From Monocercomonoides exilis PA203 (lineage: Eukaryota; Protista; Preaxostyla): 64,000 nt of DNA. The stretch is taken from positions 434,001 to 498,000 of the forward strand of contig LSRY02000029.1 in assembly GCA_001643675.2 (NCBI GenBank), in the 5' to 3' direction. Shown here in pieces: positions 12,376-25,628 of this stretch. The notes under the pieces were generated by a model. It made no database searches. It was not told where the DNA came from and saw nothing but the letters and a program-made list of their open reading frames with translations. Both the position numbers and the translations under genes were made by a program. Positions within the stretch are counted from its first letter, which is position 1. Each line of letters starts with the position of its first letter.

Positions 12376-13807
12376 ATGAGCCTTAAAGAAAGCGAATTAT
12401 TTGATTCAGAACGCACAAAACGAAAAGGCAGTAGAAAGCAAACTCCAACACGTACAATAGAAAAGAAACTTGATGATATAGACGCGAAATTTGCGATAGA
12501 AGGCATGTATTTCATTCTTTTTAATTTCGCAAGCAATTCAATATCTTTAAATATCTTTGCAAATTGAAGGAACTGAAAATGAACACTTTTTAGCTGGGGG
12601 CGTTTCTTCTTTATTAAGACATACACATAAAGCGCCATTACGTTCAAATGTGAAAAAACATCAAAAAACAAAAGCTTTAACGTTATCACAGATGGAAGAT
12701 AGGATAAAAGGAGGAAAATTTAGATGGATTAATGAACAATTGTACACTGTAACTGGAGATGTTGCAAAACGTTCTTTTCGAAAAGACCCTTCATTATTTA
12801 AAACAGTTTGATTTTGATGTTTCGTTTTTTTTAAAATGAATTTTTTGTAAAGTATCATGAAGGATATCGAAAGCAAGTTGAACAATGGCCAGAAAATCCT
12901 TTAAACATCATTATTCGGGAATTGGAGCATCGCCGAGGTCTGGTAATTGCTGATCTCGGATGTGGTGAAGCTCTACTCGCTGAAAGATGCAAGAATTGCA
13001 CAGTGCATTCATTTGACTTGATGAAATCAAAGCCTTTTGTTAAGGTTGCAAATATTTCAGACGTGTGAATTATTTTATTTAATGATAAATTATTTTTTTA
13101 ACAAAATCATTACTTTTTTGTTGTTGAAATGATAGTTACCATTGAAAGATGAAACAGTTGATGTTGCTGTTTCTTGTTTATCTTTGATGGGAACTGATTG
13201 GCCCTTGTTCGTAAAGGAAGCTCATCGTATTCTCAAGCCTGGGTTAGCTCATATATTTATTTATATTTAAACGGCAACAAATTTACAAAAATTATTAATG
13301 TATTTTTTGATTTCTTTTTTTAAAAAATGCTTCAGTGGGCTGTTCAGAGTAGCTGAGGTGAAATCAAGGATTGAAGACATGGAAGATTTTAAAGAGGTAT
13401 TCACGCGATTCGGATTTGATGTCAAAAGCGTGAACGATTCCAATCAAATGTTTGTTCTGTGTGCTTTCGTCAAGCGCAACGTTGACTCGAAAAAGGAGGG
13501 AAAGAAGAAGTCGAAAAAGACAATGAAATTTAAGTCCAAATCTTCAAATCGGCTGGTGTTCAGCGATGATGAAGCAAGTTCAGAGGAGAAAGAGGACGAT
13601 GCTGAAAGCGAAAAAGAAGAAACAGAAAATGATGATGAAGAAAGTGACAGTGATAGCTGGGACGATGAAGATGAAGATAATGAAGATGTTGGAATTCAGT
13701 GGAACAAGAAGAAGATAAAGCCTGGGTCAAAGGAGAAGAAAATTAGGAGTGGAGAAATCATGGAAATGGCTCTGGCTTTGAAGCCATGCCTTTACAAGAG
13801 AAGATAA
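12376..13807 (+). CDS. RRP8: Ribosomal RNA-processing protein 8 (25S rRNA m1A methyltransferase / nucleomethylin), 5 exons
   Basis: [38 protein letters not shown] (SAM motif I), [36 protein letters not shown] and terminal LKPCLYKRR are diagnostic of Rrp8. Confidence 0.95.
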
Positions 13808-14192
13808 AGCGAATATGCACTTCAATTCAAATAGCAAAATATATTTCACTTCATCTAAACATTTCACTAAAGTATCAAAAAGTTTAGAATTTTCGGTTGG
13901 AAAATATAAGTTTTGCTTTCAAGAAATTCGAAGACCAAGGACAAATTTTTATTTAGATGTTGTTTGATGTTCCATTGTCATGTGAAGATGTTTTTTCTTT
14001 TCAAAATATCAGAACAAAAAGCAAAACTGAAAAATACATAAAACTTGAGCAATGCAATATCAACAAAATAGAAATTCTAAAATAACACATTTTCTTTCAT
14101 TTTTGTTTTCTCCAAACAGAAAAATTCAGAACGAACGAAAAACGAATATTATCATTTAGTGCATTTGAATCTACATAAAGACTGTTCGCAAG

Positions 14193-17100
14193 TCACTTCT
14201 TCCCTTCAGCATTGAATATCCATCTCAGCTGAAATGGAAAAGACGAACATGGCAAAGTGATGGTTGATGTTAGAAGTGTCTGTTATTGCACAGCCTCCGG
14301 AGAAGCAGCATGAAAACGTGGTGAAGTGTGAAAGGAGCTGTTCTGCGAAGAAGCTGCGGAATAAAAAGGAGACGTTGAACGTAATGAAGACTGAGAAGAC
14401 TGAGAAGATTGCAGATGACTGTTGCTTGTAGCTCCTCGAATGGGAGATGGCTGACGAGCCAAAGGAACATTCGTTGAAGAAATAGAAGAATATGCAGACA
14501 ATGGAAGTGAAGCAGAATTGGATGTTTTCTGAGTGCTTTCAGACGCAACTTGTGATTCTGGAGTAGTTTGCTTCAATGGCTGAATCGCTGTTGATGCAGA
14601 ATTTGGTCTCTGCAAACTGAATTGGTTTCGAAGCGGAGGAAGATATGTCTTTGCGTTTGTGGTGGAGGCAGACAAGGCTTGCTGAGGTAATAAAAGCGAG
14701 TTTTGCTTGGAAGATAAAGCAGATGATGCATCTCGTATGGATTTTGCTCTTGAAGGAAAGTGCATGAGCTGTCTTTCCATTAGTGCTGGTTGTTTAGCTG
14801 CAGATGAGGAAGAAAACGAAGAAGAAAAGAATCGCTGTGATGTTGTGGGAGTAACAGCAGAAGGCGAAATTATTGGTGGAAGATCGGATGAAGGTGAAGA
14901 AGGAAGAGAGTTTCTTCTTTTAAGTTGTGTATTTCGTGTTATCTTAATCTCTTGTCGTTCTGAGGTGTCTACAAACGGTTTCACCAGATCACTCACAGAA
15001 GGAGGCATCAGACTGCTGTGTGAGTAATTTGGAGGAAGATCAAAGCTTGTTCTATCTGAAGGCTTCCAGATGAAGTCTGACAGAGTTGACAAGGAAGATA
15101 AAGCGGGCTGAGTCGAAACAGACCATCTCAGCCTGTTTGGACTCCCCACACCAACAAGGGCAGTTCGCTTTTCAGTTGCGTTCGTTGGAGAACTGCTAAA
15201 TTGAGAACGAAGAAAAGAGGGAGCGTTATCTTCTTCTGGATGCTTTGAACTGTTGTGCTTCTGCATATCATTTGAACTGTATCCATTTGTCCCACTTCGT
15301 GGTTTTTTCTTTTGCATCATTAATCCAGCTGCAATTGTAAAGCCGGAGGAAGATTTCACATTCTTTTTCTGTGGTGATTGAAGTTGTTGAGCTTTTGGCT
15401 GTTGTTTTCCAATATACAGAGAATTTGCGCCTTCGCTTCCAACTGAGTGCTCAAACAATGATCTCCTCAAAGGTGACTTTGATTGGGCAGATTTTGAGCG
15501 TTCAATTTTTGCATTGTCTTTTTGTGGCACAAGAGCCTGTCTTTGTTCATTCACCACTCCTTTCGTCAATTTTCCATTGTTGCTTTCATTTTTCGCACCA
15601 ACAGAAAGTTTAGTGCTCGTCAGCATCAACCCCAATTTGCTGACATCTTCTGCTTCAGTTGTCTCTGCCAGTTTGTTAAGTGCATGTGCCAGACTTGCCT
15701 GAAGCTCTTTGATTCCTGCCTCAATCTCCTTCCCTCTGTGCATCACCCGGTTGGTATTAGCAATAATCGCATTGAGCGTATCCCTCTCGCTGTCCAGCTC
15801 AAAAAGAGGGTTTGAGAATTCTGCTGAGAATGAAACAGAGACATGTGGTGATGGTGGAGCAGAATCGACGTCTGGAGAAAAGTCAATCGAGCCATCGTTG
15901 CTGGGTGACGTTGGAGGATGACTTTGTGATGGCAGAAGAAGAGAAGGCGACGAAGAACGTGGTGGAGAAGAGACACCTCTGGCTGTGAGTGAAGACTGGA
16001 GCAGCCTCTCATTTAGCACTTTCTGTACAGCTGGATCTGTTTGTGAGGAGATTTTTCCAGCACCCTCAGTATCTTTTTGCAATGGAGTGGCAGAAGGTTG
16101 CATGGGATGACCAGGTGGCGGACTTCGTGGGTGATGTGTAGCAAAGAAAGTGGGAGAAGAAGATCTGCTTCGAGTGGGTGTAGGTGATTGAGCATTTGTG
16201 GAAGTGCCACGATGAGGAGAAGATTCATTACGATTAGCAGATGGAGAGCGACTTTGCAATGACGTCGAATGAGAAGCAGCTGTTGTTCCTGGTTGTGTTG
16301 AATGGGACTTTTGCCCTTTTATTGGAGACGTTTGAGGCGTTTTATCAATTTGTTTTTGCTTACTATCAGTTTTCTCTTTCTTCATCTCGGTTATTGTTTG
16401 ACCTTCCTTTGATTTTTCGCTTTCATTTTCATTTTCATTCTTTTGGAGCTCCGATGTCTGAAGCTGTTCAATCATCACTCTCTTTCCACCTTCTTCCTCC
16501 TTCATCTTCTCTTTATCTTGCTCTTTCCGCTCCAGTTTCTTCTTCGCTGAATAATGCAGCCCTTTCAAAACATCCTCTGCAGCCATTTTCTTTGACGACT
16601 CAAGCCACTCAACGTCTTTCTTCATTCTTCTGCGCTCTTTCTCCATCTCTGTCCATAGCCCAGTCAGCAGCCGCTCAATCTCTAAAACAGGCTTTAGCGC
16701 TGTTATATGCGTCTTTTTCGTTGAAAAACGTGTCTTTTCCTCTGTTAGCTGCGACGATGTGAGCAGCACAATGTTCTGCATTGCTGTGAGCGCCTTGTCA
16801 ACATCATGGCAGGCAGAAAGACACGAGTTGATGGCTGGAAGCACTTCGATCTCACGAATGTGCAGAAAATCCTGGATGAAATGCCGCGGAGAAAATGGGG
16901 GTGGAGGAGGGCGGTACATGAAGGCTCCTGGTCGGTTGCTGCTTTGAATATAAGAAGATGAGGTAATTTGACCATCTTCTTCTGTTTCAGATGATGAAGA
17001 GGATGAAGAAGAAGAAGAATGCATGGGAATAGAATGAGGAGAATATGATGAAGGAGGTGCAACTCTTGCAGTCTGTGAATATCTGTTGCTTTGCATCTCC

Positions 17101-20100
17101 AGTGAAGACAGTAACAATCGAATATCAAATTTGAATATGCCTCTGTATTGTGTCTCCTTCCCTGCATTCTGCTCGCTCTCTGATGAATTTCCTTCGCCAT
17201 AGCATCCTTCCTCATAATCCCACTTTTCAGCATTTCCTCTCCTGTCATTGTCTGGATGCTCGCGAAGCGTTCGCCTTCCGCTGCGTCCTGTTGACCAGCC
17301 AGCAGGATTGCTCCACCTGCTACGCCCAGAATTATACTGTGTTGGATCTCTCTGGTCAGGCGCATGCTGCAAAAAGGTGGAGTTTGACGGATTGTTATTC
17401 AGCAGCTGGTGCAGCGATGGTGCTGTTTCACCTTCGTTGTCGTACAACAGCCGTGTAACAGCCGGGCGTACGAGTCCAGTGACAGACAGGCGGAGATCAG
17501 GAACTTTCGAGGCAGACATCTTCTGTTCTTTGGATTCTCCAGAGCCCTTTTCACATTTGCTTTTCAGCAGTTGCACTGATCCATAAAGCAACTCGTTGTC
17601 AGCATTGGCTTTGAGCAGATAAGTTTCTGAGTGGCTTCGCGAAATCGTATGCCCTTTTCTGAGAACACCTTCACTCAGACTCCTCTTCTTTGCATGCTCT
17701 TCATCATCACTGTCTTCGCCTTCTTTAAGTTTGTCTTTCGACAGATTCAATCCTCCTCCTTCTATTTGGTGGTATATTCCTTCTTCTTCCAATCTTATTT
17801 GCTCTCTTTCTCTTCTTCGCCTAGCTCTTTCCCTCTTCAATTTCTCGTCCTGCTCAAAATCTCCCGTTAAATAGTCTGAGTCATCTTCTGGTGAATAGTC
17901 TGATTGTTCAAGATGGTGTGGGCTTCGTGTATAATTTCTGTCTCTGCCTGAAGAAGCATTGAAACGGTCATTCTTTGCAGAGCTGTGTCTTCCTTCGTTC
18001 CTCCTTCTGCCATCGGAATGTCTGTGTTCACCATTCTTCCTTCTGCTCCGTCTTTTCTGTTCATCCGTTTCTCCTTCGCCATCTTCTGAATGACCTGAAT
18101 GATGTCTGTAACGCGACGGATGTGCATGCGATTCATCCATTCCTTCTTCGTATCCAATCGAGCCATCCGTTCTCCTTCTCTTTTGCGAGCTGCCTTCTCC
18201 TCTTCTTTCTTCTCCTTCAGTGAAACTTGCACTATCTTCGCTATATTCATCATAGCTGTCACTTTCATCGTCATAATGCGGAAGGCTCCTATCAATTGTC
18301 CTTCTGGCATGAGAATGATGGCGTTTAAACGAACCTTTTCGACTGCTTCCGTTTGTGTGTTTTTGATTCAATTCTCGTTGACTGCTGTTTTTCCCGTTGT
18401 CTTCTTGGTTTTCGCTTCCTTTGTCAAAGCTTCGATCTTTTAATCTATCTCTATTGTTTTCACTATCATTATTTTCTTGCATATTTGAAAATTCTGGGTT
18501 ATCAACTTTGTTAGACTGTGAAGAATCACATCGTTCAAGCTCTTTTCTAAGGTGGGCGTCAGCATCCTCATCGTGATATAACTTCCCATCAAATGACGAT
18601 TGGCTCCTATGTGAATGGCGCCTTGACAGTGCATCAGCATTATGCAGCGAATGCTCCGATCCGCGTCTGTCAAATGAACGAGTGCTTGAATCGTGGCGAC
18701 TGATGTGGCTGTGGTGACTGCGATGAGTATGATGACTACGATGACTATGATTGCCTTGCTCGCTGTGATGGCTGTGATGGCTGTGCTGACTGTATCTGCT
18801 TCGATGTGTGTGATGATTGTGGTGGCTGGACATGCTTTGCTGACTATGAGTATGGTGCATTTTTCGCTGCTGATTGTCTGACTGGTCAAATCCGGAGTCG
18901 CCTTCATGATTGAGTGAAGAGGCAGTTGATGAATAAGAATCGCTACGAATTGTGTCGCTGCCTTCTTCGTCTGTCGCACTTCCTGAATGATTGTGACGGT
19001 AAGAGCGAGATGCATGAGAATTTGCATGAGAATTGTCATCGCCGCTGATTTCTCCATTGTGGAATGCATCTCCTCCTTTCCTGCTTGCATTTTCAGATTG
19101 ATTTCTCTTCAAACTACTCGTTTTGTGATGCAAACTTGCACGTGAATTCGCCGCAGAGCTTTTATGAGAGTGCAGAGTATGCGTTCCTTCACCAGCACTT
19201 GACTTTCCTGCTATTTCTGTTCCATCTTCACCTTTTCGTTCAGCCAGATTCTCCTCTTTCTCTCTTTGCCGCCTTCTCAATTCTCTCTTCCTCCGACGTG
19301 CCCATGTGCTGTCAACATGCTCATCAAATTCGTCATCACTTCCTCCTTCGTCTGATCCTTCGTGCCTATGATGCCTTCTTCGCTTCCTGTGCCTTCTCCT
19401 CCTCCTCTTTTTATCTCCATTTTCTCCTTCACCTTCTTCTTCCTCTTCCTCTTCTGAACTGAACAGTTCATCGCTGCTCATCCCAGTCTCATCAGTCCAA
19501 CTGCCTGTCTCACTGTATTCACTGCCTGTTGATGTGAAGGTGGATGAGAAGGTGCTATTTGTGCTATCTCCTCTTTCTTCATCTTTTGAGACTGTCTTCT
19601 TCGTTCCTTCTTTGCTTGGATTAGCTTTTTTGTGCCCTTTTTTCTTTTTCTTTCTTTCTTTCCTTCGTTCTTCTTTTCTTCTTTTGATACGCTCCTCCAC
19701 AATTTGCTTCCGTATTTCGTTTTGTATTTCATTTTCTCTGTTCTCTTCAGATTTATTCTTCTTCCTCAATCTCTTCTCTCTTCGTTTCTGTGCATTTTCC
19801 TTTCTTTTGAGTGCTCTTTCTTCCTTCCGCTTCTTCCTCTCTTCTGCTCTCTTGGCTTTTTCTTCTTCAGTCAATCCTGGTTTATCTTCTTCATTTTCTT
19901 CTTCCTCCTCCTCCTCTTCTTCTTCTTCTTCACTTTCACATGAATCATCCATCTTATCATTCTGTTCTTCCTCACCTGCATTCTCTTGATCCAACTTTTC
20001 TGAGTTAACCTTCGCAAGCAATTCTTTGCACCTCTCTCTCAGTTCTCTTTCCTCTTCCTCCGACAAAATCAAGTCTGAGGCGTGTGTAGAAACTGTTGAT

Positions 20101-23100
20101 GAATCACTTTCACCATCTGATGACTCGTCAAACCCTTCTTCGTCTTCTTCCTCAAGCGCTGAAGACAATTCTGAGCTATCTTCTTCACTCGATTCATCTC
20201 CTTCCTCGTCGCTCCCTCCCTTCGTCTTCTTCTTCTTCTTCTTCTTTCTCTTCAATGTCCCTCTTCGTGACGTGTCTCGTGTAGATGCATTGGAATGTCT
20301 ATGCGACAGCTGCGAAATTGAATGTCTCGATGCACTCAAAGACAAAGCAGACGCCGATGCCTCTCTTCCGATCTTGCTTCGTTCTGCTTCCCGTTTTGAG
20401 TCCCATTTTTGCTTTCGCCGCTCTTCTTTCTCTTTTTCCAGGCGGATTGCCTCTTCACGCCTTCTTCTCTTCTGCACATATCCTTCGCTGGATTCAGATG
20501 TGTTGGCAGGATTGCCATCACCTTCATCTCCATCGCCTTCTTCGTTTCCTTCCTTTTTCCTCTTTCTTCTCTTCTTCTCTAATGCTGCTTCTCTTTCTGC
20601 TTCTCTTTCTTTCTTTTGTCTTTCTCTTCTTTCTCTTAAAAGTTGCTCTCCTCGTGTTTCAAGTTCTTCCTCTTCTTCCTCCTCTCCTTCATCAACGCTT
20701 TTGCCTCCATCATTTCCACTGTTCGTTTTTGCCCTCTTTCTCTTCTTCTTTGCAGTCAAAGATGATTCATCTGTCGTTTCTTCTTCTTCTTCTGTGTGAT
20801 GTCTGTGCGCCTTCTTGTTTATTTCTCTTTTCTTTTGAACATCAGATGATTTGTCAGATTTGTTTGATTGTAATTCCTCTTCAACTGACTCTTCGCCTGA
20901 ATCAGCGCCTGATGATGTTTCTTGTCTTTTTCGTTTGCTTGGTTGAATTGAACCTTTTCCTTCTTCTTCTTTTGTCACTTTATCGTCTTCACCTTCTAAA
21001 GAATCTACAGCTTTGTCATTTGTTTTGTTTCTTTTGTGCTTTTTGAGTTTTGTTCGACTTGCTCTGGGAGATCCTTCATCTCCTTGTTCCGACAAAGTTT
21101 CAAGGCTGTTCTCTTCTTTGTCATGTTCCCCTTCCGCTTTTCTTTTCCGTTGCTTTTTTGTCTTCTTAAATTCGTCGTCTTCATCCTCTGATTCGTTTGA
21201 ATCATTCTTCTTGCTTTGCGATTCCTTTGTTTTTCGCCTTCTCTTTGCTCTTTTTTGGTTGTTGTCTTCATCGTCATCGTCTTCTTCTTCTTCTTCGTTT
21301 TCTTCGTTTTCATTCTTCCTTTGAGTTGTTTCATCACTTTTTGCCTTCTGTTTCTTTTTTGTTGTTTTCAGTTCTCTCGATTTTTCTTTCATCTCGTCCA
21401 AAAATTGCTTTTGTGCGTTTTCCTTTCTTTTCTGATATTCCTCCTCTTCTTCTCCTTCTAAGCGTTTGACTTCGATATTTCTTGCCGCTTCCAAAACATC
21501 CTCGCTTAATTTCACTTCATCGCTTGCGTCAAACTCTTCTTCCTCACTCAGATCTTCAAGTGAGCTGCTATTAGCAATTCTCCTCTTTCTTTTATGATTC
21601 ATTGATCTTTGTTGTTTGTTCTTGTTGTTTTCATGCTTAATTTTATTCCAATTGCTTCCTTCTAAATCTTTCACTGAATTCTTCCCAGTTGTCTGTCCCG
21701 GTTCGGTGCTTGAGCTTTGAGCAGCATTTTCTCCGTCTCTTTCGTAGCTACTGTCACTTTCCGCGTGGCTAATATCAGAAGAGGAATCATCTTCTTCTGT
21801 GTCATTGTCGCTTCTTCCGTCTGCTTCGCTTCCAGCTTCAGAATTCTGTCTTGTTCCTGTCTTGCTCCCTTTTGCACTTCTTTTGCCTTTTGCATTCTTT
21901 CTTCTTCCTTCCTTCTTTTGCGTCTTCTTCTTCTCCCCTTGCTCCAATTTCTGCATGGCCTCTTCTTCTTCTCTCTCCTTCTGCTTCTTCTCCATCAATT
22001 GAGCTGATGTCTGGAACGACCTCCCCAACACCAGCTGCATCAGAGCATTCAAATCCTCCGAGTCTTCGCTGGAGACCTCGCTGACCGTCGACGACGACTC
22101 TGTCACATCGTCCAGCGGCTGCTCTCCATCTTCTCTGGACGGACTGCGCTCTCTCGATTTGTGCCTCTGCTTCTCTTTCTTCTTCTGGCTGGTGTCATCA
22201 GATGTCGCATTGTCTGTCGCATTGGAAGTGCCAAAGGATCTCTCTTTTATCTCCTGCGACTCCTTCTGAAGCGAATTCAGCAGAGCATTCACTGTCTCCT
22301 CTGCATTCACAGAACTTCCATTTCCGCCTTCAACTTTGCTGCTGCCTCCTTCTTTGAGCTTAATGCTGGTTGTTGATGGATGCCTCAGCGCCTTCATCCT
22401 GGCTTTTTCTTCCTTTGCCTGTGCCTTCAGCCTTCTTTTTTCTTCTCTTTCGTTCTCTTCGTCTTTCAGAAACGCAGACAGAATCGATCGTTGTGTCTGC
22501 ACCTTGCCCAGAATATCTGCTGTTTTGCTGAGAAGTGCTTGCCTTCTGCTCAAAAGAATGTGCTGCTGTTCTTCAGGTGAAAGCTTGTCGAACTGATTGC
22601 TTTCTTCTTCTCCTCCAAATAAGCCCAGTGCAAGTTCAATGGCATTCTTCATCCCATCCTCACCGTCTCCTTCTTTGATGCTTTTGAGCAATAATTCTCT
22701 GTAGCTCAACTCTTTCTCTCTTTCTCCTTTATCCAACCCAGTTCCTTGTTCTCTTTCTCTCTTCTCTTTCATCTCCTCCTCTTCGCCATCAGCAGAATAT
22801 TCTGTGATTATGCTGTTTGCTCTTGACCGCAACGACATCAGCGGCTCTGCCCCAGCCATCCACACCGACCCCTCCTGCGAATCAAAGCCTGCTCTGCGCG
22901 ACGACACCGACGGGTTTCTCGACAGCCTCCTCCCAAACGAGACAATCGACGAGCTGCCCTTCAAAAGAGAAGATGACGAGTCGCGCTGGTTGTGCCTGCC
23001 CATCCGCAGCTCTGTCTGTGTGGAGGTATCTGTCTGCTTTGCTGTTCCCAAAATGGCATCCAGCTCGTCGATCGCAGAAGAACGCTCAGCTGACACGTTT

Positions 23101-25270
23101 CCTCTGATGTCTGATCCAAAGTCAGCACTGTTCAGAACACCAAACTGAAAAGAAAAAGAAGAGACAAAAAAATAAAACCATTGAATTTTAATTCAAATGT
23201 GTTGTGAAAAAGAAAGCCTTTTAAAGTGATAAACACACATTGTCATCGCTTCCGAGCTCTTTGATCTGTTCCCACAGCATCTTCATTTCTCTGTTCTTCT
23301 CCTTCATTCTCTCGCCCATCCTTCGCAGCTGCCCTTCCAGTTGCTTCTTCTGATACGTCATCACCTCTCCAAAAATATCCTGCTTTTCTGGTGCTTCGTC
23401 CTTTGCGCCTTGACTCTGTGCCTTCTCACGTGCTTTGGCAGCCAGAATCATCTGGTTGATCTTCTCCTCGTACTGCAGCTGGAGTATCTTCCTCTCTCTT
23501 TCCTTGTCGTTGATCTTCGACTGCAGCTCCAACAGCGCCCCTTCCATCGTCTTCGTCAGATGCTTCACCTGCTCCAGCTGCTCCTTCCTTGACACATCCG
23601 ACCCGAACAAGCCAGAAACCCTGCTGCAATTCTCCTCTTCGTCTTCCTCAGGAATTTCTGTGTCGAGATCAGACTGGCGGAACACAGAGCCCTCAGCAAC
23701 AGACAGAGAAGGGCTGAGAGGCGACTGCAAAGAGTCTGAAAAGGAGCGGCGCCCAAAGTTTGCTTCGTCTCCTTCGTCTGCGCCAGTCGGAGAGAACTGG
23801 CGAGACATTTGCTGCCTTCTCATCCTGCTCCGCTTCATGGAAACAGACGACGGTGACAAGAAGCCGTTGGATGTGATGGAAGAATACATTGTCGAGGCAA
23901 AGCGTTGTGCCTCGATTGTCAGCTCGCTATCATCTTCAGCCTTCTTTTGGAGTTGCTTCAGTGCTGTTTGTTTTAAATAAAAGTGGTTAAAAGAAAGTTT
24001 TTAAAAATTGAAATAAAGAAATAAATTATGAAAACGAATATGAGAACATAATTCGAATACAATTCAAATCAAGTCAATTGAATCATCATAATTGCTCAAA
24101 CTTGTCAATCTCTTCTGCAACTCGATCCATTGGTTCCATGTGTCGTTTATTGACACGCAGAACTTCTCGATTGAGTCATCTATTTTCTCGAGCTCCTTTT
24201 TGTGGTCGTCAAAAGATATCTGCATTTCTCTTATTGGATAATCCTCGCCTGGTGGAGGAGGAGGGAGTGGATGTATTGGACTTGGTATTTGAAGAGAAGT
24301 TGTGTCAGCATTTACGCTGTCCGAAGAAGCGCTTGGAGATTCCGTCGTTTCAACTGTTGTTATGGCTGATTCATTTGTGGAAGGTGAAAGAAGAGAAGCA
24401 GATGAAGGCAATGCTGATGACGAGGAAACAGCACTTGATACATTTGACGATGAAGCATCAAGTGACGCATTTTGAGAAATTTGTGCCACTTGATTATCTT
24501 GGTCTAAATTAGGTTCAATGAAATTGCGATCTTTTCTCTCGCTTCGCACAGCAGATACTGCGGTCAGTGGCTTTGTGTATGCATCAATGCTCGAGGTTAA
24601 TTCACGTAATATTTCTTCCCTTTCTTCGAATTTCAAAGCTGATATCATAACTGAAATATTTAAGCGTAGCTGTTCAACATATTCCTGTTCGCCATTCTCT
24701 TTTCGATAAATAGTTGGACCTTTGTTTTGCGTTGTTGAATGATTTGAAGAAAAAACAGAAGATAATCCTGATTTTAAAGCAGCAGGAGATGTTGGAGATG
24801 TCGGCTTTCCTGAGGTAAATCCAGCAGATATGCAATCTGGATCTGCCATTTCGTGAATGCCGCAAGAAAATATTTCATCCGCCTTGAGAAATTTACACAT
24901 TTAATAAATGTATAAGAAAATATTTTGAAGTAATCAAACATGATTCAAGCATTTACGAATTCTCATCTTTGCGCTATCAATTTTAGCTCGCTTCAGTGCA
25001 AATTCTGCTTCGTTTTGCTGCTTTTTTTTCTCTTAATTATCAAATTGACATTGAATTTTAAAAAAATTACATAAGAGATTCAAAAATCCTAAATTTAAGA
25101 AAAACAAAACTTAATAGTGCTTCTGCTTCGGTAAACATGATATTTTTTTGTGTTTGAGTGGGATTTGAATAGGAATTGTTGTCATCGGTTTCTTTTGTTC
25201 TAAGTGGACTTGTTCTTTCAAATTGCATGTCTAACTGTGAATATTGTGGGAAAGATAAAAAATCGCTCAT
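14193..25270 (-). CDS. Giant (~3,500 aa) charged, low-complexity/coiled-coil protein, 5-6 exons
   Basis: Phase-compatible GT-AG junctions connect 25067-25300, a short exon near 24940-25030, 24064-24900, 23221-23963 and the 2937-aa ORF. A possible last intron GTGCAA(14291)..CTAAC..TTTCAG(14229) adds LRWIFNAEGKK*; otherwise the stop is at 14283. Confidence 0.75.
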
Positions 25271-25628
25271 TTTATAGAGTGCTTTCCCAGTTGTAAGCAC
25301 TTTGTTGCTTTTTATTCTGCAAAATACTGTTTTTTAAGAATTAGAAAAAATTGTGGGAAGAAAAAATTTTTAAATGAAAATCAAAAATGAAATATTAATA
25401 CAAAAAAGGCAAGCTTTTTATTTATCGAATGATTAAAAGTTAAAAGACTTATGTACGAATGATACGAATAAACATAATGAACTGAATGTCAAACATTTGA
25501 GAAAATAATATCTTAAATTACGATTAAATCAAGAACAAATTGAAACAAAAATGGAAAACACAAATTGAAAATGACAGAAATCCTATCACTTGAATTATAA
25601 TAGAATGAGTGGATTAATACTTACACTT

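Noticed and set aside
14270-23980. Many long antisense/alternate-frame ORFs over the giant gene (also over CFAP58, SMC3, DBP2 tail)
   Set aside because: Shadow ORFs caused by GAA/AAG/TCT-rich low-complexity coding sequence; they translate to poly-F/S/L with no motifs.
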